A stretch of DNA of 63,746 bases, counting the filler, from Octopus bimaculoides (lineage: Eukaryota): the NCBI RefSeq assembly GCF_001194135.2. It is 6 parts of 6 records of this genome, joined end to end, with 100 filler letters (N's around TTAATTAATTAA, not from the genome) between each part and the next. Parts side by side here need not be neighbours in the genome. Positions count along the whole stretch, not along the records: positions 61,813 to 63,746 come from NW_026403862.1; 5 more parts are not named here. One strand, 5' to 3'. A program made the translations under genes and the position numbers. Below, piece after piece: positions 62,850 through 63,746 of this stretch; the first letter of the stretch is position 1; every line of letters starts with the position of its first letter. The notes beneath the pieces are model-generated. The model worked only from the letters and a program-made list of their open reading frames with translations, ran no database searches and was not told where the DNA came from.

Positions 62850-63180
62850 AAGGCGCATGGGTTAGTGGTTAGTGTATTTGGTTCGCAATCGTAAGGTCGT
62901 GAGTTCGATTTCCGGCGGTGCATTGTGACCTTGAGCAAGACACTTTATTTCACGTTGCTCCTCCAGTCCACTCAGCGGGCAAAAATGAATAGTACCTGTA
63001 TTTCAAAGGTCCAGCCTAATAACATTTTGTATCACGCTGAATCTCCCTGGGAATTACTTTTTAAAGGTATGCGTGTCTATGGAGTGCTCAACCACTTGCG
63101 CGTTAATTTCACGAACTGGCTGTTCCGTTGATCGGATCAACTGGAACCCACATCGTCGTAACCGACGGAGAGCCAGTTAT
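62850..63180 (+). mobile_element. SINE family C-related, older copy
   Basis: tRNA head and the same 3' part (GGCTGTTCCGTTGATCGGATCAACTGGAACC); different middle. Confidence 0.75.
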
Positions 63181-63589
63181 ATCTGTAATCAAGACAACTC
63201 GAATGCAAACGGATTAGTCCATAGGAATGGTTCTCTAAGTCATAAGTTCTCTTCGAAATTCCATAGCTTCGTGTTCGATCCGGCTAGGTAGCACCTTAGA
63301 TAAATACCTTCTATTATATCATCTCATAAGTGAACGCGTATGGCCTAGTGGTCATGGCATTGCATCCACGATCGCAAGATTGTAGTTTCGATTCTTGGGC
63401 TTGGCGTTGCGTTGTATTGCAATCCCAAGACGTCCAGTTCTGGTTCGTGCTATTTGTACGACCATTTTAAGACTTCATTTTTTTCTATCCGTTCGTCGAT
63501 AGTCGGTAAGGAAGCGAGCTGACAAAGTCGTCGACAAGTCGAACAAAACACTTAGCGACGTTTCTTCTGGAAATTTACGTTCTAACTTT

Positions 63590-63746
63590 GAAATCCTGGT
63601 ACTTATTCTATCGGGTTCTTTTGATAAATCGCTATGTTACGGGGACGTAAACACACCAACACCGGTTGTCAAATGGTGATGTGGGGACAAACACAGACAC
63701 ACACATAGATATATATACATATATATACGACGGGCTTCTTTCAGTT
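63590..63746 (-). mobile_element. SINE family A, 3' half, running off the window
   Basis: Reverse complement of the family A tail. Confidence 0.8.

Overview
AT-rich, microsatellite- and SINE-dense eukaryotic draft scaffold with many N gaps. The repeat families suggest an octopus (coleoid cephalopod); this is inference. Hand splicing supports four genes, most of whose exons the ORF track misses. (1) A complete six-exon S1A serine protease on + (17276-33154, 348 aa): putative signal peptide, chitin-binding type-2 (CBM14)-like domain, intact H/D/S triad, non-trypsin S1 pocket. (2) A tandem paralog on + (35647-41851) with the same intron positions and phases but a different exon 1, encoding a signal peptide and an unrecognised 50-aa Cys6/Arg/Tyr-rich cationic module. 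Its last two exons, including the catalytic Ser, are not in the assembled sequence. (3, 4) A convergent pair of unrecognised, probably paralogous beta-strand-rich genes (+ 46089-48318; - 50061-53030, possible first exon 61436-61478). Mobile elements: a gag-only Gypsy LTR element with LTRs, PBS, PPT and TSD; a DD37E (TRT-like) Tc1 relic; a Merlin relic; a rearranged mariner MITE; a hAT MITE; CR1-type LINE 3' fragments; at least four SINE families; a 62-bp minisatellite; a U6 fragment; and several minimal type I hammerhead ribozyme motifs. All alignments and counts were done by eye and no database was searched.
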